The notes below the pieces were generated by a model. That model worked only from the letters and a program-made list of their open reading frames with translations, was not told where the DNA came from and did no database searches. From a virus (Duplodnaviria > Caudoviricetes), in the IMG/VR virus record IMGVR_UViG_3300028581_002452, positions 1 to 26,338 of that record: a stretch of 26,338 nt of DNA; one strand, given 5' to 3'. This document shows positions 14,342 to 23,963 of this stretch, piece after piece (position 1 is the first letter of the stretch; every line of letters starts with the position of its first letter). The position numbers and the translations under genes are program-made.

Positions 14342-15784
14342 ATGTCAACAGAGCTGATACAACAACAGATAGACCAGGAATATGCATATGGATTCACCAC
14401 TGACATAGAGTCCGTCACTGCGCCCAAAGGCCTCAACAAGGACGTGATCAGATTCATATCCAAACAGAAGAAGGAACCCCAGTGGTTGTTGGAGTGGCGC
14501 CTCCGGGCATACGATCGCCTGCAAGTGATGACGGAACCCAACTGGCAAAAACCACACTACCCCAAGATAGACTATCAGGACCTGTACTACTATTCAGCAC
14601 CCAAGAGCTTCAAGGAGGGACCAAAATCACTGGAGGACATCGATCCCGAAATCAGGAAGACCTACGAAAAATTGGGCATACCGCTGACGGAACAGATGAG
14701 GTTGGCGGGCGTGGCGGTTGATGCCGTGTTCGACTCGGTGTCCGTGGCAACCACCTACCGGGGCAAGCTGGAGGAGATGGGCATCATATTTTGCTCCATA
14801 TCCGAGGCAGTGCAGACCCACCCAGAACTTGTTAAAAAATATTTAGGTTCAGTGATACCATTGACCGACCACTACTTCGCCACGTTGAATTCCGCCGTGT
14901 TCACTGATGGGTCTTTTGTCTACATTCCACCGGGAGTGAGATGCCCCATGGAACTTTCAACTTATTTCAGGATCAACGCATCCAACACAGGACAGTTTGA
15001 GAGAACTCTGATCATAGCAGATCGGGGCAGCTATGTCAGTTACTTGGAAGGTTGCACAGCCCCCATGAGAGATGAGAATCAACTGCATGCGGCCAACGTG
15101 GAATTGATTGCACTGGATGATGCCGAGATCAAGTACAGCACAGTGCAAAATTGGTATCCCGGAGACAAAGAAGGCCGGGGCGGCATCTACAACTTCGTGA
15201 CCAAGCGGGGACTGTGCAAAGGCACCAACAGCAAGATATCCTGGACGCAGGTCGAGACTGGTTCAGCTATCACTTGGAAATATCCCAGCTGCATACTGCA
15301 AGGGGATCATTCATCTGGTGAATTCTATAGCATCGCGATCACCAATAACTATCAAAAGGCAGACACTGGCACAAAGATGATACACATCGGCCGAAACACA
15401 AAAAGCAGGATCATCTCAAAAGGCATATCCGCAGGACACGCTGACAACACCTATAGGGGATTGGTAAGCATATCAAAGAAAGCGGCCAATTCAAAAAATT
15501 ACACACAGTGTGATTCTCTCTTGATCGGCAGCAAGTGTGGCGCACACACCGTGCCATACATCGATAACAAAAATTCAACCTCCACCACGGAACATGAGGC
15601 CACGACCTCCAAGATCAGTGAGGAGCAATTGTTCTATTGCAAACAAAGGGGGCTGGATCAGGAACAGGCAGTGGCCCTGATAGTGAACGGTTTCTGCAAG
15701 GAAGTGCTGCAACAGTTGCCCATGGAGTTCGCAGTGGAGGCACAAAAACTGGTCGGCATCAGCCTGGAAGGCAGCGTTGGTTAA
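14342..15784 (+). CDS. sufB: Fe-S cluster assembly scaffold SufB
   Basis: [78 protein letters not shown] and LPMEFAVEA...LEGSVG motifs. Confidence 0.97.
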   Translation: MSTELIQQQIDQEYAYGFTTDIESVTAPKGLNKDVIRFISKQKKEPQWLLEWRLRAYDRLQVMTEPNWQKPHYPKIDYQDLYYYSAPKSFKEGPKSLEDIDPEIRKTYEKLGIPLTEQMRLAGVAVDAVFDSVSVATTYRGKLEEMGIIFCSISEAVQTHPELVKKYLGSVIPLTDHYFATLNSAVFTDGSFVYIPPGVRCPMELSTYFRINASNTGQFERTLIIADRGSYVSYLEGCTAPMRDENQLHAANVELIALDDAEIKYSTVQNWYPGDKEGRGGIYNFVTKRGLCKGTNSKISWTQVETGSAITWKYPSCILQGDHSSGEFYSIAITNNYQKADTGTKMIHIGRNTKSRIISKGISAGHADNTYRGLVSISKKAANSKNYTQCDSLLIGSKCGAHTVPYIDNKNSTSTTEHEATTSKISEEQLFYCKQRGLDQEQAVALIVNGFCKEVLQQLPMEFAVEAQKLVGISLEGSVG

Positions 15785-15802
15785 TTGACAGCAACATAGA
15801 CG

Positions 15803-15830
15803 TTGACAGAATCCAAATAACAGCTACAAT
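15803..15830 (+). promoter_or_regulatory. Sigma70-type promoter, likely leaderless
   Basis: TTGACA-16 nt-TACAAT, ATG 6 nt downstream; a second TTGACA at 15785-15790. Confidence 0.7.
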
Positions 15831-15836
15831 TAAAGC

Positions 15837-16085
15837 ATGTTAAAAAAACATCAAACAAGTATCAAATGTTTAATGGACTCCACAGAAGCATTACTGAATG
15901 CCATGGAGAAACACGGCGTGGATCCAGAAGCTCTGAGCAAGACCCCAGAGTTCGTGGTACTGGTACATTTCCTCAAGGCCATAATAGATGGTAAAATGGA
16001 GATTCCAAACGGCCTGTCTGACCGCATAGCCGAGCTGGCGGACACTTTAGACATTGACAAGATAGTGGACACTACGCTACACTAG
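15837..16085 (+). CDS. Hypothetical helical protein (82 aa)
   Basis: ORF with its own promoter; no family recognised. Confidence 0.6.
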   Translation: MLKKHQTSIKCLMDSTEALLNAMEKHGVDPEALSKTPEFVVLVHFLKAIIDGKMEIPNGLSDRIAELADTLDIDKIVDTTLH

Positions 16086-16097
16086 CTAAATTACATA

Positions 16098-16156
16098 AGA
16101 CAGTGGACTTCAAGACATTCACCCCACTCTAAATATTCTGCATGTCATCACAGGAG
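16098..16156 (+). ncRNA. Candidate pseudoknotted cis-regulatory RNA (riboswitch-like) upstream of queD
   Basis: Stem AGTGG 16102-16106 / CCACT 16124-16128; loop GACAT 16114-16118 complementary to ATGTC 16142-16146; SD AGGAG 16152-16156. Confidence 0.4.
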
Positions 16157-16163
16157 AAAAAAG

Positions 16164-16610
16164 ATGGCATACTATTCGACCAAGACATACGATCACAACG
16201 AGGGGCTGAGCTGTGCTTTCAGGCAATGGCGGGCCGTGCATTCACACTGTAAACTGATCCATGGATATTCGCTGGCATTCAAATTGGTGTTCGGCTGCAA
16301 AACATTAGACGACAAGAACTGGGTGCAGGACTTTGGTGGACTCAAGGAGATCAAGGCCTGGCTGAAGCAGCAATTCGATCACACGTTCTGCGTGGCCGAG
16401 GACGATCCAGAGTTCCAGACGCTGATGCTGCTGGATGGCAAGCTGGCGGATGTGAGAGTGATGCCTGCGGTGGGCTGTGAGAAATTTGCCGAGCACGTGT
16501 ACAACCATGTAAGTAAGATAATACAACAGCAGAGCGGGGGCCGTGTTTGGTTGGATTCCGTTGAATGCCGCGAACATGGAGCGAACAGTGCAATCTATAC
16601 CAGAGATTGA
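16164..16610 (+). CDS. queD: 6-carboxytetrahydropterin synthase / 6-pyruvoyl-tetrahydropterin synthase
   Basis: SHCKLIHGYS, WVQDFGGLK, FDHT, GCEKFAE and VECREHGANSA motifs; strong SD. Confidence 0.88.
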   Translation: MAYYSTKTYDHNEGLSCAFRQWRAVHSHCKLIHGYSLAFKLVFGCKTLDDKNWVQDFGGLKEIKAWLKQQFDHTFCVAEDDPEFQTLMLLDGKLADVRVMPAVGCEKFAEHVYNHVSKIIQQQSGGRVWLDSVECREHGANSAIYTRD

Positions 16611-17700
16611 AGTAGTATTAAGGAACCCTGAGGACAGAAAAGACACATTGTCCTATTTCATCGAAGTGGAAGACAATGATTTCACACGTCGCTGGATCGA
16701 TGCATTAAAACAAAACATAAAAAATAACTTACACCTGGAGAAGAACTACTGCTGGATGGGTTTTGCGGACTCACCTCGCGATGCTGATTACCTCTGCCGC
16801 AAGATAAATGATGCCATATTCCAGATCAATTGCTTCAACCACCAGAATGAATGGACAGTGGCCGGCCTTAAATCCTATGAGATCAAAGATCACTTCAGCA
16901 GAGAGTCAGTGATCGCCACGGACATGCGCTTGAATCATGAACCAATGAACCGACTGCACAGATACTTTGAGGACCTGCAGGGCGAGGTGGGCAAGCTCAG
17001 TCCCTATTATCGTCTCGCAGATTACGAGACCAAGTGGGCCATAAGGCAGCTCAATGACCTGTGCCACGAGCTGGAGAGCTGGGTGCTGTCCAACAGGAAG
17101 AAGCACACTGCGCCAGAATGGCAGAGACCTTCGCAGATCACAACTTTCCTCAATGCGCCAAGGCATCAATTGGAGTCGGGCGACTACGATCTATTCTTGA
17201 AAAATCGCTATGACCGGGTGCTGGGAGGAGTGTACCTGCACTGGGCGCAGATAGGCAAAACGCATCTGGAGGTATTCAGAGACGAGCAGGGCAAGGACAT
17301 CAGCGAGGCGGTGTGTTCCGCCATAACCTGCCTGCAATATTACAGCGGAGAGTTTGACGTGGAATGGGGCAGGGACGTGATTGACGATGGATCGCACCCG
17401 TGGCACAGCGCCGAGCAATCAAAATTCAGAGAATGGCTGCAAAGGAACAACATAAACTATGATGATCCAAGACTGAGCTTCGGCTACGTCAAGCTGGGGC
17501 AGATAAATTTGCAAAAGAGTTTTGGCACCACGGACTTCTTCGAGATATTAAAGAAATTATCCTGCCATCTTGACGTGTATAGCATCACGGCGGACGGAGT
17601 CACTGGCACGTATGACTACGTTTGGAATGATGATAACTATAAAAAGATGCAGATAGACTTCCTGAGACCTGGATATGACTGGAGCAAGCACAATGCCTAA
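16576..17700 (+). CDS. Hypothetical protein (about 374 aa)
   Basis: Long ORF in operon context with LHRYFEDLQG and LNDLCHELES motifs; start uncertain. Confidence 0.7.
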   Translation: MERTVQSIPEIEVVLRNPEDRKDTLSYFIEVEDNDFTRRWIDALKQNIKNNLHLEKNYCWMGFADSPRDADYLCRKINDAIFQINCFNHQNEWTVAGLKSYEIKDHFSRESVIATDMRLNHEPMNRLHRYFEDLQGEVGKLSPYYRLADYETKWAIRQLNDLCHELESWVLSNRKKHTAPEWQRPSQITTFLNAPRHQLESGDYDLFLKNRYDRVLGGVYLHWAQIGKTHLEVFRDEQGKDISEAVCSAITCLQYYSGEFDVEWGRDVIDDGSHPWHSAEQSKFREWLQRNNINYDDPRLSFGYVKLGQINLQKSFGTTDFFEILKKLSCHLDVYSITADGVTGTYDYVWNDDNYKKMQIDFLRPGYDWSKHNA

Positions 17701-18391
17701 TCACGTGCTGTGCGTCAAATGGGGCAACAAATACACCAGCGAATACGTGAACGTGCTCAGCAGCATGTGCCAGCGCCACGCCACGGTGCCATATCAGTTC
17801 CACTGCCTCACTGAGAACGCATCTGGACTGGATGCCGCGATAGACGTGATCCCATTGCCCACCCATCCGGGCATAAGGACCTGGTGGAGCAAACTCTACA
17901 TGTTCTCTCCCGACCTGCCGATCAAGGGCAACATATTGTATCTTGACCTGGACGTGATAATTTTTAACAACATGGATCCATTGTTCACGCACGACCCAGG
18001 CAACTTCCAGATAATCAGAGACTTCAACAGGTGCAGGGTGTCGGACTGGAAGCTCAGCAACAGCAGCGTGATGCGCTGGGACACGGGTCGTCTTGATTAT
18101 CTTTGGACAGAGTTCGCAGCAGATCCCGGCCGGGTCATGGGCAACAACCACGGAGACCAGGACTGGATAACCAAGCGTGCCACCGCTGACATTAGGCACT
18201 GGCCGGACGAATGGATAAGATCCTACAAATGGGAGATGCACCCAATGAGCAGCAGATGCGTCACCAAGGGAAATAAAAAAGTTTTCCCGCAATTACCTAA
18301 GATCAATCCACAAAACATGGTGGCCGTCTTCCACGGAGATCCAAAACCCGCCAACTGTGGCGATCAGTTCTGCATTGACAACTGGCGATAG
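17693..18391 (+). CDS. GT-A fold glycosyltransferase (GT8-like, phage type)
   Basis: CVKWGNKY, WWSKLYMF, DxD motif YLDLDV, NSSVM, GDQDWI and VFHGDPKP motifs. Confidence 0.8.
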   Translation: MPNHVLCVKWGNKYTSEYVNVLSSMCQRHATVPYQFHCLTENASGLDAAIDVIPLPTHPGIRTWWSKLYMFSPDLPIKGNILYLDLDVIIFNNMDPLFTHDPGNFQIIRDFNRCRVSDWKLSNSSVMRWDTGRLDYLWTEFAADPGRVMGNNHGDQDWITKRATADIRHWPDEWIRSYKWEMHPMSSRCVTKGNKKVFPQLPKINPQNMVAVFHGDPKPANCGDQFCIDNWR

Positions 18392-18402
18392 TGTGCTACA
18401 AT
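18375..18402 (+). promoter_or_regulatory. Sigma70-type promoter, likely leaderless
   Basis: TTGACA-16 nt-TACAAT with extended TG; ATG 5 nt downstream. Confidence 0.75.
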
Positions 18403-18407
18403 AAGAC

Positions 18408-19451
18408 ATGACAAAACGCATAGGTTTTTGCTGCAAGTGGCTCAACGACAGATCAGAATTTGGAGGCATGAAGGTCAATGCCAAGGACAGGGAATTGAAC
18501 GGCCGCAGCACCACCATGCGCTGGCTGCGGGAGCACCCGGAAGAGGCCGAGCAGAGGCAGTGGGACATCATGAACCACAACGCCGCGGCCGCGACCAGGA
18601 TGATCGAGCGTGTGGGCCAATTGCCCGCCGAGCGCAGGATGGTTAGATTGGGATCGGAAATGCTGCAGGGCTACACAGAGAAGAACTGGATCGACTGGTG
18701 GCAAAGGAAAGAGATACAGGATCATCTGGCCAAGATATTTGCGCCCGTGGGAGATGCTGCCAGGAAGCATGACGTCAAGATAAGTTTTCATCCGGGACAG
18801 TTCTGCGTGCTGGCATCGGAGACCCCGGACATAGTGGAGCGCAGCATACTGGAATATGAATATCACGTGGACATGGCACGCTGGATGGGCTATGGCAAGA
18901 CATGGCATGATGGCTGCAAGATCAACGTACACATATCTGGCAAGCTGGGACCAGATGGAATTATTAAAGTATTGCCCAGGCTCAGCCCCGAGGCACGCAA
19001 TCTCATCACAATAGAAAATTCGGAAATGGGTTGGGGACTGGATGATTCTCTGAAGTTGGAAAAACATGTGGCCTTGGTCATGGACATACATCATCATCTC
19101 ATTCGCGACGAAGAATACATACAAGCCAATGATGATAGAGTCAAGCGGGTTATAGAATCGTGGCGTGGCGTGAGGCCCACATTACACTATTCCTACTTTC
19201 GAGATGAGGCACTATTGCCAGCATTCAAAGACGATCCCGACCACATGCATGATCATCTGCACAGCATCAAGGACCTATTGGCATTGGGCTGCAAGAAACA
19301 AAAACTTAGAGCGCACAGCGACTTGTTCCCCAATCAAAAAACCAATGCATGGGCGTTGAGCTTCCATGATCATTTCGACATCTGCACGGAGGCCAAAGGC
19401 AAAAATCTAGCCGCTCAACAGCTCTACGAGCAGTCATTGTCACAGTTATAA
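18408..19451 (+). CDS. uvsE: UV DNA damage endonuclease (UvsE/UVDE)
   Basis: RIGFCCK, SFHPGQFCVLAS, KINVHISG, LITIEN, VMDIHHH, PTLHYS, RAHSD and EAKGKNLA motifs. Confidence 0.9.
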   Translation: MTKRIGFCCKWLNDRSEFGGMKVNAKDRELNGRSTTMRWLREHPEEAEQRQWDIMNHNAAAATRMIERVGQLPAERRMVRLGSEMLQGYTEKNWIDWWQRKEIQDHLAKIFAPVGDAARKHDVKISFHPGQFCVLASETPDIVERSILEYEYHVDMARWMGYGKTWHDGCKINVHISGKLGPDGIIKVLPRLSPEARNLITIENSEMGWGLDDSLKLEKHVALVMDIHHHLIRDEEYIQANDDRVKRVIESWRGVRPTLHYSYFRDEALLPAFKDDPDHMHDHLHSIKDLLALGCKKQKLRAHSDLFPNQKTNAWALSFHDHFDICTEAKGKNLAAQQLYEQSLSQL

Positions 19452-19453
19452 GG

Positions 19454-19482
19454 TTGAATACCAAACATTAATAATTTATAAT
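19454..19482 (+). promoter_or_regulatory. Sigma70-type promoter
   Basis: TTGAAT-17 nt-TATAAT; ATG 7 nt downstream. Confidence 0.6.
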
Positions 19483-19489
19483 TAAGTAG

Positions 19490-19786
19490 ATGGCGGAAAA
19501 AAAACGACGTCGGAGATCTGGTTATCTGCAGCGTTTCCGACACAACATAGATCTCAACTCATACGGAGTGGATGGTGACCTCATAGCATGGTGCAAGAGG
19601 CACAGTGTTGGCTCATGGGGCTGGTGGTTCTGGACGCACCCGGACTGGCACAATCTGGCCTATGACACCTATGACGAGCGTGCCTACGGCAAGAACAGGG
19701 CCTACATGAGCTTCCAATTCAAACGGGACGCACTGAGGTTCTGGTTCTGGTGGCAGCGCAAGGAGGACCATGAAAATAAAAGATAA
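19490..19786 (+). CDS. Trp-rich hypothetical phage protein
   Basis: WCKRHSVGSWGWWFW...MSFQFKRDALRFWFWW; has its own promoter. Confidence 0.6.
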   Translation: MAEKKRRRRSGYLQRFRHNIDLNSYGVDGDLIAWCKRHSVGSWGWWFWTHPDWHNLAYDTYDERAYGKNRAYMSFQFKRDALRFWFWWQRKEDHENKR

Positions 19787-20174
19787 GATACAGCAATGGT
19801 CGGACAACCTCAAGCCATTGTCCGGAACGGACAGATTGGAATACATCATAGAACTGGGCAGGAAACTACCTCCATTGGATGCCAAGTTCAAGATAGACAG
19901 TTTCAAGATACACGGCTGCGCCAGCAATCTCTGGCTGGTCCCCAAGTTTGAAAAGGAACAAATGTTGTTGTCGGCTGATGCGGACGCATTCATAACCAAG
20001 GGCACTGCCTACATGGTGCTGGACATATTGAACTGCCAGCGCTACGGCAGCATAAAAAAAATAAAACGTGAGGACTTCGCGCCCCTGGGCATGGCGGAAC
20101 TGCTCAGTGTGCAACGTCAGAATGGCCTGGGACTGCTAATTACTACTATAAAGAAATACGCGGACAGCCGATGA
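19770..20174 (+). CDS. sufE: SufE family sulfur-transfer protein
   Basis: DRLEYIIELGRKLPPL, catalytic IHGCASNLW, ADADAFITKG and LSVQRQNGL motifs; SD AGGAGG upstream. Confidence 0.9.
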   Translation: MKIKDKIQQWSDNLKPLSGTDRLEYIIELGRKLPPLDAKFKIDSFKIHGCASNLWLVPKFEKEQMLLSADADAFITKGTAYMVLDILNCQRYGSIKKIKREDFAPLGMAELLSVQRQNGLGLLITTIKKYADSR

Positions 20175-21253
20175 GAACTTTATACGAATCCCACTCTCTT
20201 TGCCATATCTGTTACAGGCACATTCCTTCGCAGGTCACTGTGGAGGACAACGTCCGCTACATCAACAAGTCCTGCCCCGAACATGGTGATTTCAAGATAG
20301 TCCAGGATCCCGACGCTGAATTCTGTGAGAAGTTGGAACAGCGAATCAATAGGTTCTACAACAGGATCTTGATGATAGAGGTGACCAATCGCTGTCAGCT
20401 GGCCTGTCCGCATTGCTATCACATACCTGACAACAAAGAAAGGGACATTGATCTCCAATACATTTACAATCACATCAGCACTGCCCCACCAGCGATAGAT
20501 CATGTCATACTTGCCGGGGCGGAGGCCACTGTGAGGAGGGACATGTTTGACATCGTTGACAACATAAGAGCTTCGGGACGCAAGGCAGTGATACTGACCA
20601 ACGGGGTCAGGCTGCACGAGAAAAAGTTTGTTGAAAAATTGCAGGAGCACAAGACCCACGCAGTGCTGATTGGATTAAATCACTGGAGCTATCAGGGCCG
20701 AGACACACACGAGAAACAACTGCAGGGCATCAAAAACTGCATAGACATGAATTTGCTTTTCCATTACATAGGATACACCGTGGAGAGCTATGAACATCTC
20801 CGGGACGTCTTGGAAGAGATCAACACATTTCCCTACTACAACAGCGGCAAGAAATTCCAGTTCAGGATCAGGCTGGGCAGCAACATAGGCAGGGTGCCCA
20901 CGGAGCCCACTGCATACATCAGCAAGAACTACAAGATGATCGAGCAGATAGCAAAGTCCATGGGGCATGAACTGATCAGTGCTCATGATCTGGGAGATGA
21001 CAACATGTACCACATGATGGCCTACATGAATGGACATTTTCTAAGAATCATACAATGGCCTGACGCCACCAACATAGACATGCAGCAATTGAAACATTCT
21101 CCATGGGCCAAGTTCAATAGACAGGACTACATGACCAATTTCGTTCATCAGGTCATCACACGCGATGCTTATGTCAACAAGGGATTGCCTGTGCTGGACA
21201 GGGTGCCCGAGGCATATACCTACAGCGAGAAGAACGACGGGGATATAATTTAA
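20171..21253 (+). CDS. Radical SAM protein with N-terminal CxxC...CPEHG metal-binding module
   Basis: CxxxCxxC motif CQLACPHC, GAEAT and LTNG; N-terminal SLCHIC...KSCPEHG; ATGA overlap with sufE. Confidence 0.85.
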   Translation: MRTLYESHSLCHICYRHIPSQVTVEDNVRYINKSCPEHGDFKIVQDPDAEFCEKLEQRINRFYNRILMIEVTNRCQLACPHCYHIPDNKERDIDLQYIYNHISTAPPAIDHVILAGAEATVRRDMFDIVDNIRASGRKAVILTNGVRLHEKKFVEKLQEHKTHAVLIGLNHWSYQGRDTHEKQLQGIKNCIDMNLLFHYIGYTVESYEHLRDVLEEINTFPYYNSGKKFQFRIRLGSNIGRVPTEPTAYISKNYKMIEQIAKSMGHELISAHDLGDDNMYHMMAYMNGHFLRIIQWPDATNIDMQQLKHSPWAKFNRQDYMTNFVHQVITRDAYVNKGLPVLDRVPEAYTYSEKNDGDII

Positions 21254-21262
21254 GGTTTCTTA

Positions 21263-22324
21263 TTAGATAATTTTTCTCTTCTCGCCTTTTCTCTTGATGT
21301 CGAGGGTCGAGCAGTGTATGCCACCTTCCCAAAATAGATAGTGTCTTTGGGGGATGACGTGGCAGTCTATCCGCAGTGTTCTCAGCTTGGCAAATAGTTC
21401 CGGCAGGTGCCTACCAAACACAATGTTATGCCTGTCGATCACTAGCACATTGAGATCGAAGCACACTTCTTGGCAATAACCTCTCCAGTTTTCTAAATAC
21501 TTGTCCAACCATGCCACATCCATTTTGTCCTGCGCCTGTGCATAATCCCGTGCGAACCTGTCCAGCTTCAATTTTGGCAGGCAATCACCAACGTCGACCA
21601 GTTTCTTCTCACGCAGGCATTCAGGAACCCAATCCAATCCCGCGTGGATCACTGTGTCATCATCTATCATTATGAAGCCATGGTCGATGTGTCCGAATCC
21701 CTTGAAGCGTGTGCCCGTGTTGTGATAGAACTTGAACTCTGGCAATTCTCGGCGGCACCACTCCAATCCTGTCTCCGATCCCGGACCCTCATGATTTACT
21801 ATGACAGCATCACCCGCACGATACATAGTGGCGGTGTGCCATAACACCCTGTCCGGCAACTTGTCTTTGTAGGTCCTGTCACTGACGAACCAATCATGCT
21901 CCGTGTTGAGATTGGTCAACATGGGTGGTGGTTGGCTGATCCAGCGATAACCCTCTCTGAACATCTTTTCAAATATGTGATAGTAACTGATAGAATCAAA
22001 ATATCTGTCAGTGTAACTGGTGTAAGTTTGTATTATGGTGTTGCCTATCACCAGTAATGCGTCTCTTGGCACGACAGGTGCCATGGGTAACCTTATATCA
22101 AATGTAGGCATCTTCACGCTGTCATAGCGGTGCAACACCGGACGCTCAACATGTATGTTGCCTTTCTTTAGGAATTCCGCCAGGCTGTCTAGATCCTGCT
22201 TGGTCTCTCCCAGTATCTTGTTGAACTGTGTGGCATTATTTTTTAACAGATGATCCACATCGCCGGGAGAATATGTGTCTCCCACTATCACGCTCTCCAA
22301 GGGATCATATTCAGTGTAGGTCAT
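21263..22324 (-). CDS. Amidinotransferase (glycine / inosamine-phosphate amidinotransferase family)
   Basis: EYDPLESVIVG, PRD, GHID and C-terminal catalytic GGIHCST motifs. Confidence 0.85.
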   Translation of the reverse strand: MTYTEYDPLESVIVGDTYSPGDVDHLLKNNATQFNKILGETKQDLDSLAEFLKKGNIHVERPVLHRYDSVKMPTFDIRLPMAPVVPRDALLVIGNTIIQTYTSYTDRYFDSISYYHIFEKMFREGYRWISQPPPMLTNLNTEHDWFVSDRTYKDKLPDRVLWHTATMYRAGDAVIVNHEGPGSETGLEWCRRELPEFKFYHNTGTRFKGFGHIDHGFIMIDDDTVIHAGLDWVPECLREKKLVDVGDCLPKLKLDRFARDYAQAQDKMDVAWLDKYLENWRGYCQEVCFDLNVLVIDRHNIVFGRHLPELFAKLRTLRIDCHVIPQRHYLFWEGGIHCSTLDIKRKGEKRKII

Positions 22325-23415
22325 CGCAGATGTTCCTCCAACACAGAGAAGTATTCATCTGTGGCATTGATCGGCAACACAAGGAAATGCTTGTCTTTCT
22401 TTCTCTTGATCTGTAATATTGTTCCATACTCCCCCAGCACTTTGTAATCCTGTGCCGCAAATATGGCGTGGGCCTTGGCGATCACTAACTGATGTTGTTG
22501 TAATATGTTTTCTTGCTCTAGGATGTCTAAATATTTGTTGCAACTCAATATGCCAGGCAGTGAGAAACTGTATGTGAAGCCATGATCCCAATTAAATTTA
22601 TCTGGCAACGCCTCTGCGATCCTCTTGTTGTACATCGTGATGCTAAGAGGAAAATACCCCGCGGTGATGGCCTTGCCCTGTGTGGTGATGTCTGGCGTGA
22701 TTGGCAGCGTCTGCCAACCAAACACGGTGCCGGTCTTGCCTCCACCTATGAATATGTCGTCCACAATCACCAACACTCCCTGCTGCTGTATCTCTTTGAT
22801 CTTGCCCCAGAACTCCTCGGAGCTGGGCTTGAGCCCATCACCGTATGGACAAGTCTCCACGATCACGCATATCACATCCGACCAATCATGTTCCGAAACT
22901 GCAAAGTCTCTGGGCAGTCTTTTTACCGAATCATAAGGACGCAGGGTGTAGAAGGGATCTTTCAACATGCTGTCCCCCATGCTGTAGTTTAGGAAAGTCG
23001 AACCATGATAACTGTCCTCAAATGACACGATGCGGTGTCTGTTTGTCTGCCCCATCTGCTTCTGGTATGCGCTGGCCAGTTTCACGGCGCCTTCGTTGGC
23101 GTCGCTGCCACTGAGAGCAAATATGCTGTTGAACCCGGTCATGCCATGTAGGCGTTCCGCCAAGGACCATGTTATGTCGTTGAGTTTCAATGTGTCATCA
23201 CAATAAAAGCTCTCGGCCACTTCGGGTTTGGTCTTCATGTGTTCACACACATAATCTATGATGTCTGTGCGTTGGAATCCCAACACGAAACAACCAAAGT
23301 GCAACACTGGATCTATCTGTTTGGTTCCATTCACGATGTTGCCATACTGCCAATAAGGCTGTGCTGGTCCCACAGGGTTCTGCTCACCACATATCAATCC
23401 TGGAAAAGTTTTCAT
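22321..23415 (-). CDS. PLP-dependent class III aminotransferase (364 aa)
   Basis: SGSDANEGAVKLA, SYHGST, IVDDIFIGGGKTG, PLP-Lys in QGKAITAGYFPLS and HGFTYS. Start re-set to 23415, which gives an ATGA overlap. Confidence 0.85.
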   Translation of the reverse strand: MKTFPGLICGEQNPVGPAQPYWQYGNIVNGTKQIDPVLHFGCFVLGFQRTDIIDYVCEHMKTKPEVAESFYCDDTLKLNDITWSLAERLHGMTGFNSIFALSGSDANEGAVKLASAYQKQMGQTNRHRIVSFEDSYHGSTFLNYSMGDSMLKDPFYTLRPYDSVKRLPRDFAVSEHDWSDVICVIVETCPYGDGLKPSSEEFWGKIKEIQQQGVLVIVDDIFIGGGKTGTVFGWQTLPITPDITTQGKAITAGYFPLSITMYNKRIAEALPDKFNWDHGFTYSFSLPGILSCNKYLDILEQENILQQHQLVIAKAHAIFAAQDYKVLGEYGTILQIKRKKDKHFLVLPINATDEYFSVLEEHLR

Positions 23416-23963
23416 AATGTCCAACATTGCCTCTCTGTTGTGATGTATAGGGTCACTCTCCACTCTTTAGAAAAGTTCCAACTGCCATGTGGCTGCTCCG
23501 GCAGGAAGCTGACGATGTCGCCCTCGCCTATATAAACTCGTTTTTTATCTATTTCGAATCCCACAGTGTCTATGTTGTTGCTGGGAATACGAATTCCTAT
23601 CAGCGTGGGTATAAGGTCTATCACGCGATCATTGATACGGTCCACTTTGTCCTGATGCACGGGAATGACACAGCCCGGTTTGGTGAAGTTCACTGCCACA
23701 TGTATTACCCCTGGCATATCTTTGCTGGCATTGTAGGTACGCGGCCATTGATCACTCCATTTGGTACGTTTGTAGAAATGAACCAAAGGCACTCCCCACC
23801 AACCACAACGATCATCCAACCGCTTGGCTTCATACACATCGCCTGCATTGACTGATTCCTTTTCGATGTCATGATCTTTCTCCCATTCCTCCCAGTCCGC
23901 TCGACAGTGCTGATAGAGCGGTTGTAACAAGTCATGGTGTCGGTATTGGATTGGAGAAATCAT
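23412..23963 (-). CDS. 2OG-Fe(II) oxygenase, aspartyl/asparaginyl beta-hydroxylase-like
   Basis: PGCVIPVHQD (HxD)...PHGSWNFSKEWRVTL (distal His and Arg). Confidence 0.75.
   Translation of the reverse strand: MISPIQYRHHDLLQPLYQHCRADWEEWEKDHDIEKESVNAGDVYEAKRLDDRCGWWGVPLVHFYKRTKWSDQWPRTYNASKDMPGVIHVAVNFTKPGCVIPVHQDKVDRINDRVIDLIPTLIGIRIPSNNIDTVGFEIDKKRVYIGEGDIVSFLPEQPHGSWNFSKEWRVTLYITTERQCWTL

Noticed and set aside
21263-22324. Amidinotransferase as the archaeosine (dG+) synthase partnering QueD
   Set aside because: It belongs to the arginine-dependent pentein family, not ArcS, QueF-like or GAT-QueC; nothing in the sequence links it to preQ0.
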